This document shows positions 48,640 through 56,952 of a stretch of 64,000 nt of DNA, piece after piece. The DNA lies in assembly GCA_934754475.1 (NCBI GenBank), contig CAKVHV010000001.1, forward strand, positions 251,670 to 315,669, written 5' to 3'. Each line of letters begins with the position of its first letter. Positions within the stretch are counted from its first letter, which is position 1. Both the position numbers and the translations under genes were made by a program. This DNA comes from an uncultured Clostridia bacterium. Lineage in GTDB: Bacteria > Bacillota > Clostridia > Christensenellales > UBA1242. The notes under the pieces are model-generated. The model had not been told where the DNA came from. It was given only the letters and a program-made list of their open reading frames with translations, and did not search any database.

Positions 48640-49932
48640 ATGAAAATGGTTTTGCCTTTGATTATAATTGGAACTACATTAATACTCATGCAGTTGTGCG
48701 TTATATTTGACTGGAAGATTAAAACAAAACATTTTACATTCTGTTGGTATTGGATAGTTTGTTTAATTGGCGCTTTGGTTTGTGTTGTTTGTGGATTTAT
48801 CAAAACGGATAGTCTCAAAAACGTTTTTGTTAGTTCTGGCGGTATGAACCCAATGCAAATCTTAATTATATTTATCTCGGCTTCTAGTTTGTCTGTTCTT
48901 CTTGACAAAATTGGATTCTTTAATTATGTTGCACAACTTGCTTTGAATAAATCTAAATCTAGCCAGACAAAAATATTTTTTACTTTTAATATAATAATTG
49001 CAATTCTTACAATATTTACTTCAAACGATATAATAATTTTGACATTTACACCTTTTATTTGTTACTTTACAAAACATGCAAAAATTGACCCAACTCCATA
49101 TCTTATTTCCGAATTTGTATCTGCTAATGCGTGGAGTATGTTCTTTTATATAGACAATCCTACAAATATTTATCTTTGCTCCTTGCATGGAATAACATTT
49201 TTGGATTTTACACTTAAGATGTTCTTGCCGGCAATTGTGGCAGGGGTTTTCTCATTACTTTTGACATATCTGTTATTCAGAAAGAAACTAAAAACACCAA
49301 TTAATATCGAAGCCCAAGAACTTCCAAAACAAAACAAAACTTTGCTATCTTTTGGACTAACAGGACTCATGCTAATGATAGCATTTATGATAGTTGGGCC
49401 ATATTTGGGACTAGATATTTGGTATATTCCTTTGGCTTGTGCTGTGGCTACTTATTTGGCTACATTTATCTATCTACTTTGCAAAAAAGAAAAACTTACA
49501 ATAATTGTTGATGCTCTCAAAGATTTGCCATACTCGCTTATGCCATTTTTGATGTCAATGGCGATAATCGTGGCAACACTTACGGACATTGGATTTATTC
49601 AAATACTAGGTGATGCAGTTAGCACTCAAAGTATGTTTGTAATTGGTTTCTTTGCATTCCTTATGGGAAATGTCGTTAATAATATTCCAATGACAATGTT
49701 GTTTACGGGGATACTAGGAACATTTAATGCAAGTCTAAATACGATTTATAGTGTTGTTATTGCTTCAAATATTTGTGCGTTCCTAACTCCGGTTGGTTCA
49801 CTTGCTGGAATAATGTTTATGAGTATTCTCAAAGATAACGATGTTAAGTTTAGTACAAAACAGTTTATTGGCTATGGGGTAATCACTTCTATTCCAGTAA
49901 TGGCTATAAGTATGCTTATGCTACTTGTTTAA
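48640..49932 (+). CDS. ArsB/NhaD-superfamily (citrate-transporter-like) permease
   Basis: 430 aa, about 11-12 TM. Overall resemblance to ion-transporter-superfamily permeases; substrate not inferable. Confidence 0.5.
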   Translation: MKMVLPLIIIGTTLILMQLCVIFDWKIKTKHFTFCWYWIVCLIGALVCVVCGFIKTDSLKNVFVSSGGMNPMQILIIFISASSLSVLLDKIGFFNYVAQLALNKSKSSQTKIFFTFNIIIAILTIFTSNDIIILTFTPFICYFTKHAKIDPTPYLISEFVSANAWSMFFYIDNPTNIYLCSLHGITFLDFTLKMFLPAIVAGVFSLLLTYLLFRKKLKTPINIEAQELPKQNKTLLSFGLTGLMLMIAFMIVGPYLGLDIWYIPLACAVATYLATFIYLLCKKEKLTIIVDALKDLPYSLMPFLMSMAIIVATLTDIGFIQILGDAVSTQSMFVIGFFAFLMGNVVNNIPMTMLFTGILGTFNASLNTIYSVVIASNICAFLTPVGSLAGIMFMSILKDNDVKFSTKQFIGYGVITSIPVMAISMLMLLV

Positions 49933-49968
49933 ATAAAAAATAGTACCTAATAGGTTAGGTACTATTTT

Positions 49969-50490
49969 TTATTTCTTTTCAATATCTTTGATAGTTGGAA
50001 ATATCCAAGTGATATATTTCATAAATTCATCAGCATCAATATCCTGTGTTGAAAAATATGTCATATATACTCCATTCCAGTGATAAGAATATTTTCCGTC
50101 TTTGAAGCCATTTTTTTGATAAAACTTTTTTCTAAGAATTCTATAATCTGCATTATCGCTTGTGTCATCTTGTTCTTCAACATCGACAACAATAGGGGTA
50201 TTAGGATAAGTATCTTTAAGCCAAGACAAAAATTTTGTTCCATAACCTTGGTTTTGACAATCTGGAACTATTGCAAAGTAATTTAAGTGAAGGAAATTTT
50301 CCTTGACAACATAATGCATCATTCCAACAAATTTGTCGTTATCGTATTGACCGACCAACTTGAAATCGCCAAAAACCCCACTGAATAATTTATCAAAATC
50401 TACTCTTTCGTTTTCAATAAAACTTTCAAGATATAATTTTCTAAAGTCATCTGCATTTTTCAAATCTTTTGTTTCAAGGTATTTAATCAT
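49969..50490 (-). CDS. GNAT-family N-acetyltransferase
   Basis: Acetyl-CoA motif VPDCQNQGYGTKFLSW. Start at the ATG at 50490 with an AAGGAAA RBS. Confidence 0.75.
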   Translation of the reverse strand: MIKYLETKDLKNADDFRKLYLESFIENERVDFDKLFSGVFGDFKLVGQYDNDKFVGMMHYVVKENFLHLNYFAIVPDCQNQGYGTKFLSWLKDTYPNTPIVVDVEEQDDTSDNADYRILRKKFYQKNGFKDGKYSYHWNGVYMTYFSTQDIDADEFMKYITWIFPTIKDIEKK

Positions 50491-50630
50491 GTTATTTTCC
50501 TTATATGCCTTATTTTTTGTATTAAATAACATTATTGTGTAATTTAAAATATTAATTTATTTATTACTTGTATTATGCTACTATTTGTTCGTCTCACAAA
50601 TCCAAATGAATTGAAAATTTATTAATTTGA

Positions 50631-51524
50631 TTAATATTTAAAATATTCTTTAAAGTCATTAAGCAAATTTAAAATCTTGTTGTTATGATTGTATTCATAT
50701 GCTTGTCCAAGTGAATAAATAAACTGATATACAAATATTCTATCATTAATGTATTTAAAGTCAAACATTTCTTTACAAAGTTGTTTAAGTAGCGGATATA
50801 TCATATTGTAATCTTCAATTTTTACATATTGCTCTGCATGTTCGTTTGCAAATTTCTGTGGTGCATCTAGCATCATTTTTATTATTAAAATTTCATAATC
50901 TATAGAACAATACAAAACTCTGTCAAAATCTATTAAATATATTTTCCCATTATCAAAAATAAAATTATCAAAATGTGCATCGTTATAAATCAAACATGGT
51001 TTGTTTTCAGCAAAAATTTGCTCTAATTTCTCGTCTTTAAAACGTTTAACACAAGAAGTATCAAATCCTTTTTTGTTTAGAATGTTTATGTTTAAATCAA
51101 AACTATTTTGCCATTTTTCAACCCAGTTTGTAATTTTGAATTTGCTATCTAAAAATTTTGCATCCAACTTATGAAATTTATTTAAAATATTCGCTATTTG
51201 AAATATACAATTGTTTCTTTGAGTATTTGTCAATGTATGCCAAATATCAAATAAACTGTATCCATTTAATTTAGATATTATCAAATAATCTATGCCATCA
51301 TGATTGCCACTAGTGATGTATTTTGGAATAAAATCAAGCCTAATATTTTTATAAAATTCTATTTCTTTTTGTAATTTTTCGGGTTTACTAGTAGGGCTTG
51401 TAATTTTAATGACATATTTGTCATCAATAATATGAGTAATATTAGTAAATCCTGAGTTTACTTTTTCAATTTTATTGCAAACAATTCCATTCATTGAGCA
51501 TATTTTTTTGATTAATTCTTGCAT
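50631..51524 (-). CDS. aminoglycoside/choline-kinase-family phosphotransferase
   Basis: Brenner-type motif YNDAHFDNFIF and the metal-binding LIDFD; 297 aa, typical size. Confidence 0.75.
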   Translation of the reverse strand: MQELIKKICSMNGIVCNKIEKVNSGFTNITHIIDDKYVIKITSPTSKPEKLQKEIEFYKNIRLDFIPKYITSGNHDGIDYLIISKLNGYSLFDIWHTLTNTQRNNCIFQIANILNKFHKLDAKFLDSKFKITNWVEKWQNSFDLNINILNKKGFDTSCVKRFKDEKLEQIFAENKPCLIYNDAHFDNFIFDNGKIYLIDFDRVLYCSIDYEILIIKMMLDAPQKFANEHAEQYVKIEDYNMIYPLLKQLCKEMFDFKYINDRIFVYQFIYSLGQAYEYNHNNKILNLLNDFKEYFKY

Positions 51525-51705
51525 TTGTCTCCTAGAATTTCAAAATAAATAAAAATTTATTATACAATCCAAATATGTTTATTTTGAAATTTTTTCTATA
51601 GTTTTAATTATATATAATAACCATTATGAGTATATTCATAGATTAACATCTATCCAAATTTTAGTCAACCTAAATTTGATTAACTACATATAAAATATAA
51701 ATCAT

Positions 51706-51734
51706 AAAAAAGACTGCAATTTGCAGTCTTTTTT
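51706..51734. terminator. bidirectional terminator hairpin
   Basis: AAAAAGACTGCA-ATT-TGCAGTCTTTTTT. Confidence 0.7.
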
Positions 51735-51777
51735 GATTGTACTATAAAACAACTAGACTCTCTGGTGGCTTTCTAGT

Positions 51778-51829
51778 ACAAAAGAAAAATGGCTCAAAAA
51801 GCCATTTTTTATGGCGGAGAGTTAGGGAT
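51778..51829 (-). repeat. direct repeat copy: orphan 18-nt tRNA-Ser 3' end plus terminator
   Basis: ACAAAAGAAAAATGGCTCAAAAAGCCATTTTTTATGGCGGAGAGTTAGGGAT matches 51957-52009 except for one substitution/indel in the hairpin loop. Confidence 0.95.
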
Positions 51830-51956
51830 ACGTCTATATTAACGAAAGTGAATATATTTCGACACGAGTGTGCTGGCACACAGTGGAAGTGTCGAATACC
51901 GGGGTTCGAATGTAACGAAAGTTACAACTGGCAGAATGCCAGGAATACCAACTCGA

Positions 51957-52009
51957 ACAAAAGAAAAATGGCTCAAATAAGCCATTTTTTATGGCGGAGA
52001 GTTAGGGAT
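51957..52009 (-). repeat. direct repeat copy overlapping the genuine tRNA-Ser 3' end and its terminator
   Basis: See 51778-51829. The two copies are separated by a 127-nt insert. Confidence 0.95.
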
Positions 52010-52079
52010 TCGAACCCCAGGATGCTCTCACATCAACGGTTTTCAAGACCGCCGCTTTCGACCGCTCAGCCAACTCTCC
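51992..52079 (-). tRNA. tRNA-Ser (UGA)
   Basis: Minus strand GGAGAGTTGGCTGAGCGGTCGAAAGCGGCGGTCTTGAAAACCGTTGATGTGAGAGCATCCTGGGGTTCGAATCCCTAACTCTCCGCCA. Long variable arm, anticodon loop CTTGAAA, encoded CCA. Confidence 0.9.
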
Positions 52080-52283
52080 ATATTAAATTTTCGGGGCATT
52101 TTCAATAATAATTCTAACAGCCCCAAATTCTAAAAATTGTAAATTTGTTAGAACTTTTGTTAGAATTGTAAGGTGTTGCTCACTAAGTTGTTAGAACTTG
52201 GAACTCTCAAAACCCGCCATTTTCGGACAATTAAGCAGAAATATTAGAAATCTATGAAATTTCACACCAGCAGATAACTGCTT

Positions 52284-52306
52284 GTTTTCAAGACCGCCGC
52301 TTTCGA
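52284..52306 (-). repeat. orphan 23-nt copy of the tRNA-Ser D-arm/anticodon-loop segment
   Basis: GTTTTCAAGACCGCCGCTTTCGA is identical to 52039-52061 inside the genuine tRNA-Ser. The flanks diverge on both sides. Confidence 0.9.
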
Positions 52307-52625
52307 TTAACTCGTCAAGTTAGTTTAAACTAACAACAAGGACATTATACAATAAAATTTTTACAAAAGCAAGTGTTTTGTAATATTTTTTTACTTTTAA
52401 TTTTTTGAATAAATTACATATTTTTTCAAAAAGAAAAATATAAAATAATTAATTTTATTATGTAATGTTCAAATTTATGTTATACTAAAACTAAGATAAA
52501 TAATATTTATTTTAATATTCCACAAAATAATTATTAAAATAAAGTTTACTGTCAAAGTAAAAGATGGTGTATACAATACAAATAGTTTTGAATGTAATGG
52601 CGAGTGGATTGCATTCCAAAAAACT

Positions 52626-52949
52626 TTGGTTGTTAATTTCAATAAATTTGATTATTTTGATACAACTATTCAATATAACTCAGATTACAATATTGATTAC
52701 ATCGTAATTCAAAGTGGAGATACACTAAACTCACTAATTTCTTCGTTTTCAAACGATAATGGAACTTGGTATATTTTGGATAGTGATTATGGTGAAGTTG
52801 CTGACAAAGATATTACTATTGCAAATGGGTCAAAATACGTACTTGATTTCAAATCTAACAAACCTTACATTAAGAGCAATTCTTGTGCGATTTATATATT
52901 TGACCACAATCCAACTTCTCAAGATTTTGATTTGATTAGCAGTAATTAA
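52626..52949 (+). CDS. hypothetical protein; the frame is open from 52500 with no canonical start or RBS (possibly 5'-truncated)
   Basis: The track ORF starts at a TTG with no SD. The same frame reads protein-like sequence (KFTVKVKDGVYNTNSFECNGEWIAFQKT) for 40 codons upstream without an ATG/GTG. Confidence 0.35.
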   Translation: MVVNFNKFDYFDTTIQYNSDYNIDYIVIQSGDTLNSLISSFSNDNGTWYILDSDYGEVADKDITIANGSKYVLDFKSNKPYIKSNSCAIYIFDHNPTSQDFDLISSN

Positions 52950-53165
52950 AAAATATAAATAAGACTTTGGCAATTTAGCAAGGTCTTATTTTTTTAGTTG
53001 TAAAATTTAGAGATTACAAAATAATTAATTTATTAAAATTAGATTTAAATAACTATACAAATTTTCAAAAATGTATAATATCTTTTTGTGATAAAATTAA
53101 TTTAATTGACAAAAATTATTAGAAAAAATAAAATTAAAGTGTAAAAAAATTCAAGGGAGTGTTGT

Positions 53166-53735
53166 ATGGAAGGATTTAAAAATTTTTGCAAAAAACTTAA
53201 ATGGGATAGCATAATAATTTCGCTTTTGACAATTATTCTAGGGATAGTCTGTGTTGTTGTTCCAAATGAATCGGGGAATGTTCTTACTTTGATATTCGGA
53301 ATCTCTTTGATTGTTATGGGTGTATGCTTAATTATTAGATTATTCACAGTTGATACATTTTTGACCGAACATATTTTGTTACTATCTATTCTTATGATAA
53401 TTTCGGGCATATTTATTTTGATATTCCCAGAAACTATCAAGAGTTTAATGACTGTTTTGTTTGGTATGTTTATAATACTTGACTCAGTTTCGTCATTGTC
53501 AGATAGTATTTATTTGTGCAAAGCTAAAATCAAAGGTTGGTCGGTTCTATTTATCTTGTCACTAATGACAATTGTTTTGGGAGTAGGTGTTATGTTTTCT
53601 ACTTTTGAAACTGTCATGATATTTGCTGGTTGTTCATTAATTATTGAAGGTGTAAGAAAATTTGTTACAACTCTAATCTACAGCCACAAAATCAAAGTTG
53701 CCAAAAAACAACTCAAAGAAAACGGGCTTATCTAG
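53166..53735 (+). CDS. HdeD/DUF308-like membrane protein
   Basis: 189 aa with six regularly spaced TM helices and repeated G-x-x-x-I/L-x-G patterns as in HdeD-family proteins. GGGAG RBS. Confidence 0.6.
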   Translation: MEGFKNFCKKLKWDSIIISLLTIILGIVCVVVPNESGNVLTLIFGISLIVMGVCLIIRLFTVDTFLTEHILLLSILMIISGIFILIFPETIKSLMTVLFGMFIILDSVSSLSDSIYLCKAKIKGWSVLFILSLMTIVLGVGVMFSTFETVMIFAGCSLIIEGVRKFVTTLIYSHKIKVAKKQLKENGLI

Positions 53736-53857
53736 TTTTAGAGATTTTTTAAGCGGGAGAAGAGTGAACAATGCAAAGTATTTTTTGCTTTAACAAATAT
53801 GTTCACAATTTCCCCCGTTTTTTGTTTTTTAACATTTTTAATTATGTCAAAAAGGTG

Positions 53858-53886
53858 TTTACAAATTAATTTAGATTTTGTATAAT
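53858..53886 (+). promoter_or_regulatory. sigma-A type promoter of the rho-like gene
   Basis: TTTACA, 17 nt spacer, TATAAT. Confidence 0.5.
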
Positions 53887-53958
53887 ATGTTTGTACAAAT
53901 TGAAAAACCAAAGAAAAGTTAAGGCAAATTAACAGATTAATTTGTTAAAGGAATTAAT

Positions 53959-55209
53959 ATGATGAGTGAATATAATTTGGAATACATACAAAAATTAAGA
54001 ATTCATGAACTAAGAGATTTTGCTAGACAAGTTGGAATTGCTAGTCCAACAACTATGAAAAAAGAAGATTTAATATCCAAAATCAAGGCAGTAATGAGTT
54101 CTGGAGATTCATCAAAGTTAAGTGAGAAATCGTCAAGTCCGGACTCGTTAGACTTTTTTTCGCTACTTACATCAGCAAATTCAAATTTGCTAAATGAATT
54201 ACTTGTCAAATCTAGTAAAAATGTTGAAAACACTGTTCCTAACGAGAATGGGGATTTATCTAATACTCTTGTAATGAAAAAAAGTATGCTCAATAATATA
54301 AATACACCATATGCTTATTCTTCAAGTAATTTTATTGGGCTTAGTTTTAATGTTGGACAAGGTCCAATCAAATATGACGAAGATATTTCGGAAATGGAAG
54401 GATACTTGGATATTCATCCAAATGGTTATGGAATTGTAAGAGCCAATGGATTTATGCCAAGTTCAAGAGATGCCTATCTTACTATGGCACTTGTTAAAAA
54501 GTACAAACTCAAAACTGGTGATTATGTAACCGGCAAGGTTAAGTATATATTGGAAGGCAAGCCAAGAGTTATGTTTGATATTCTTAGTGTAGATAACAAA
54601 CACGATTCAAGTCTTCAAAGTTTTGATGAAGTTCCTTACAAGAAAGGCAATGATACCTTTTATCTTGACAAATTTGAGATGAAAATAACAATTGGCGAAA
54701 GATTATATGTCAAGAATATGAGTATTGAAGATGCGGTTAAATTAGGTTTTGACTTGGTTGATGAAAACGATGCTTGCGTCAAACTTATCAATCTCAAGGC
54801 TTTGCCAGAAGAGTGTTTTGAATCTCATCAGAAAATGCAAATAATTAATTGTGAATTTAATAAGACTGAGTCGGATGTAGTGGATACAATCGAACTTGTT
54901 TTGGAAAGAGTTAAGAGAGAATTTGAAAGGGGTAAGTCAAATGTAATAATGATTTACAACTTTAGCGAACTTATAAGAATGTATAATGTCGCTATGGAAG
55001 GATGCTATACATTCAACAAATTTAATGCTCAAGCTCTCAACAAACTAAGAAATATTATGTATACCGCCAAATACTCGGATACCAAGCGAAATGTTACAAT
55101 CATGTGTATAGATAGAGTCGGGGTTTCTGAAGATGTTCAAACTATAGTTAACTCCGAATTTATGCCTTTGTTTAATACAAAGTACGACTTTAACGATTTT
55201 AGAAAATAA
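53959..55209 (+). CDS. Rho-like protein: Rho N-terminal and RNA-binding domains retained, ATPase motifs lost, C-terminus truncated
   Basis: Rho_N-like IQKLRIHELRDFARQVGI...KEDLISKI. Cold-shock-like core MEGYLDIHPNGYGIVRANGFMPSSRDAYLTMALVKKYKLKTGDYVTGKV. The C-terminal half is colinear with the Rho ATPase domain (ELVLERVKREFERGKSNVIMIYNFSELIRMYN), but the Walker A/B positions read GERLYVKNMSIEDA and LINLKALPEE. Confidence 0.7.
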   Translation: MMSEYNLEYIQKLRIHELRDFARQVGIASPTTMKKEDLISKIKAVMSSGDSSKLSEKSSSPDSLDFFSLLTSANSNLLNELLVKSSKNVENTVPNENGDLSNTLVMKKSMLNNINTPYAYSSSNFIGLSFNVGQGPIKYDEDISEMEGYLDIHPNGYGIVRANGFMPSSRDAYLTMALVKKYKLKTGDYVTGKVKYILEGKPRVMFDILSVDNKHDSSLQSFDEVPYKKGNDTFYLDKFEMKITIGERLYVKNMSIEDAVKLGFDLVDENDACVKLINLKALPEECFESHQKMQIINCEFNKTESDVVDTIELVLERVKREFERGKSNVIMIYNFSELIRMYNVAMEGCYTFNKFNAQALNKLRNIMYTAKYSDTKRNVTIMCIDRVGVSEDVQTIVNSEFMPLFNTKYDFNDFRK

Positions 55210-55442
55210 TATTTTTTAAATTTAAATAGAAGCAAGAAACTTGGATTTGCTTCTATTTTTTGTTAAATCATGGTTTAAAATTATTAACATATTACTAAGT
55301 TATTTCATATATAACATTAAATACAATTTGATAAATTTGTACATAATAAATCTAAACCAAAAAAATTTAATAAAGTTTTTTACAAGAAATACTTTACTTA
55401 AAACAAATTGTATGATAAAATAACAACGTCTGAATTTGATAT

Positions 55443-55517
55443 GGCACCTTAGCCAAGTGGTAAGGCCCGGGTCTGCAAAACCCTCATGCCTCAGTTCGAA
55501 TCTGAGAGGTGCCTCCA
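55443..55517 (+). tRNA. tRNA-Cys (GCA)
   Basis: Acceptor GGCACCT/AGGTGCC, anticodon loop CTGCAAA, T loop GTTCGAATC, encoded CCA. Confidence 0.9.
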
Positions 55518-55546
55518 ATATTCTATTTCAAATTTGGACAAACTAT

Positions 55547-55633
55547 GCTGGTGTGGCGGAATCGGCAGACGCACAGGACTTAAAATCCTGCGGTGTAACA
55601 ACCGTACCAGTTCAAGTCTGGTCACCAGCACCA
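55547..55633 (+). tRNA. tRNA-Leu (UAA)
   Basis: Acceptor GCTGGTG/CACCAGC, anticodon loop CTTAAAA, long variable arm, T loop GTTCAAGTC, encoded CCA. Confidence 0.9.
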
Positions 55634-55669
55634 AAAAATCCTTTGATATATGGGATTTTTGAATATTAT

Positions 55670-55706
55670 GAGATTGTGTAAAATTTTTACATAATCTCTT
55701 TTTTTT
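55670..55706 (+). terminator. rho-independent terminator after the tRNA-Cys/Leu pair
   Basis: GAGATTGTGTAAAA/TTTTACATAATCTC stem followed by T8. Confidence 0.7.
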
Positions 55707-55742
55707 GTCATTTTTAACACAAAAGTGATGTCAAAAATGATG

Positions 55743-56912
55743 TCAAATTTCATAGTATAAATTATTGTATAATTTATGTATATTTTCTTTGCTATTTGTT
55801 CTATCTTTTTTGATATAAATATCTTGAGTAATTTGTGTTGTTGAGTGTCCTAACCAACTACTAATTAGTTTAATTGGTGTGCCTAAATACATATGATTAG
55901 TTGCAAATGTGTGTCTTAATGTGTGTATTCCACCTTTTATATTTAAACTTTTTAGTATTTCTTTGAATTGACGATATACTTTTTCTTTGTTGAATTTTTT
56001 TAGAATATTTGAATTGTTTATTATAAAGTTTTTTGCTTCGTTTGATAAATCTATAGTTTTTGTTGGCAATTCATCTTCATGTTGTTTTAAGTTTTTTGCA
56101 ATAAGTATATTGTTTTTTGTATCTATATCCTTTTCTATATCTTTATAATTTAATTCGTCTTTTCTTAGTCCTGTTATTAGATATATCAGTATTGGTACTT
56201 TTATTTCGTGGTCTTTTATGTAATTAAGTATTTTTACTTGTTCATCATATGTGAATGGTGGTCTTATGCTCTTTATTTTCTTTTCTTTTATAAAAGCATT
56301 GAATGGATTGATTTTGATTTTTCCTAATTCTAGTGCTTTCTCTAAGCTTGCCTTGAAATATAATATACATTTTTCTTTTGGTCTTGATTTTGGAATTTTA
56401 TTAAAGTAATTTTGTAATTCTGTAGTATCAAGTTTGTTTAAGAATATATTATGAAAATATTGTAATTTTTTAAATAGTATATTTTTTATTTCTTCTCCAG
56501 TTTGAATTGAAACAAATTTTTCTTTGAAAATTCTAAACCATTCATAAAACCAGTCAATAATTTTAATTTTATTGGTTAGATTTCTTTTTATAATTTCTTT
56601 ATTTGCTTGTTTGATTTTTCTATATTTATTAATTATTTCTTGCTGTGTTTTTCCGTAAATATATATTCGGTTTTTGTTGATAGTTATTGTTTTTTGGTAT
56701 CTACCATCTTTTCTTTTTGTAATTGTCATGTCTTGCTCCTTATTATTTTCTAATAATTGACAAGACATATTTTTTTCTTTTTGATTAAATAATTCTTCTT
56801 CAGCTTCAAATTTGCCAACAAAAAATTGGATTATTTCTAAAGCATTTTTTAGTTCTTGCTCAGCTTGTTTGCTGAGTTTTAAATAGTTTTTTGTAAAGAA
56901 TTGGTTATACAT
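55743..56912 (-). CDS. int: tyrosine recombinase / phage-type integrase
   Basis: Catalytic box GGIHTLRHTFATNHM...LGHSTTQITQDIY. N-terminal arm-binding-like ITKRKDGRYQKTITINKNRIYIYGKTQQE. The true start may be the internal Met (MSCQLL...). Confidence 0.88.
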   Translation of the reverse strand: MYNQFFTKNYLKLSKQAEQELKNALEIIQFFVGKFEAEEELFNQKEKNMSCQLLENNKEQDMTITKRKDGRYQKTITINKNRIYIYGKTQQEIINKYRKIKQANKEIIKRNLTNKIKIIDWFYEWFRIFKEKFVSIQTGEEIKNILFKKLQYFHNIFLNKLDTTELQNYFNKIPKSRPKEKCILYFKASLEKALELGKIKINPFNAFIKEKKIKSIRPPFTYDEQVKILNYIKDHEIKVPILIYLITGLRKDELNYKDIEKDIDTKNNILIAKNLKQHEDELPTKTIDLSNEAKNFIINNSNILKKFNKEKVYRQFKEILKSLNIKGGIHTLRHTFATNHMYLGTPIKLISSWLGHSTTQITQDIYIKKDRTNSKENIHKLYNNLYYEI

Positions 56913-56952
56913 GGTTTTAACCGCCTTTTTTTATTGTGTATAATCAACTCCT

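Noticed and set aside
47467-52009. Could the repeated tRNA-end/terminator units be a CRISPR-like array?
   Set aside because: There are only two copies per locus. The repeats differ between loci, include tRNA sequence and terminators, and no cas genes are present.
53736-53857. Long imperfect inverted repeat (GCGGGAGAAGAGTGAACA...TGTTCACAATTTCCCCCG followed by T run) as a riboswitch upstream of the rho-like gene
   Set aside because: It lies upstream of the predicted promoter and directly after the hdeD-like gene, so it is most simply that gene's terminator.
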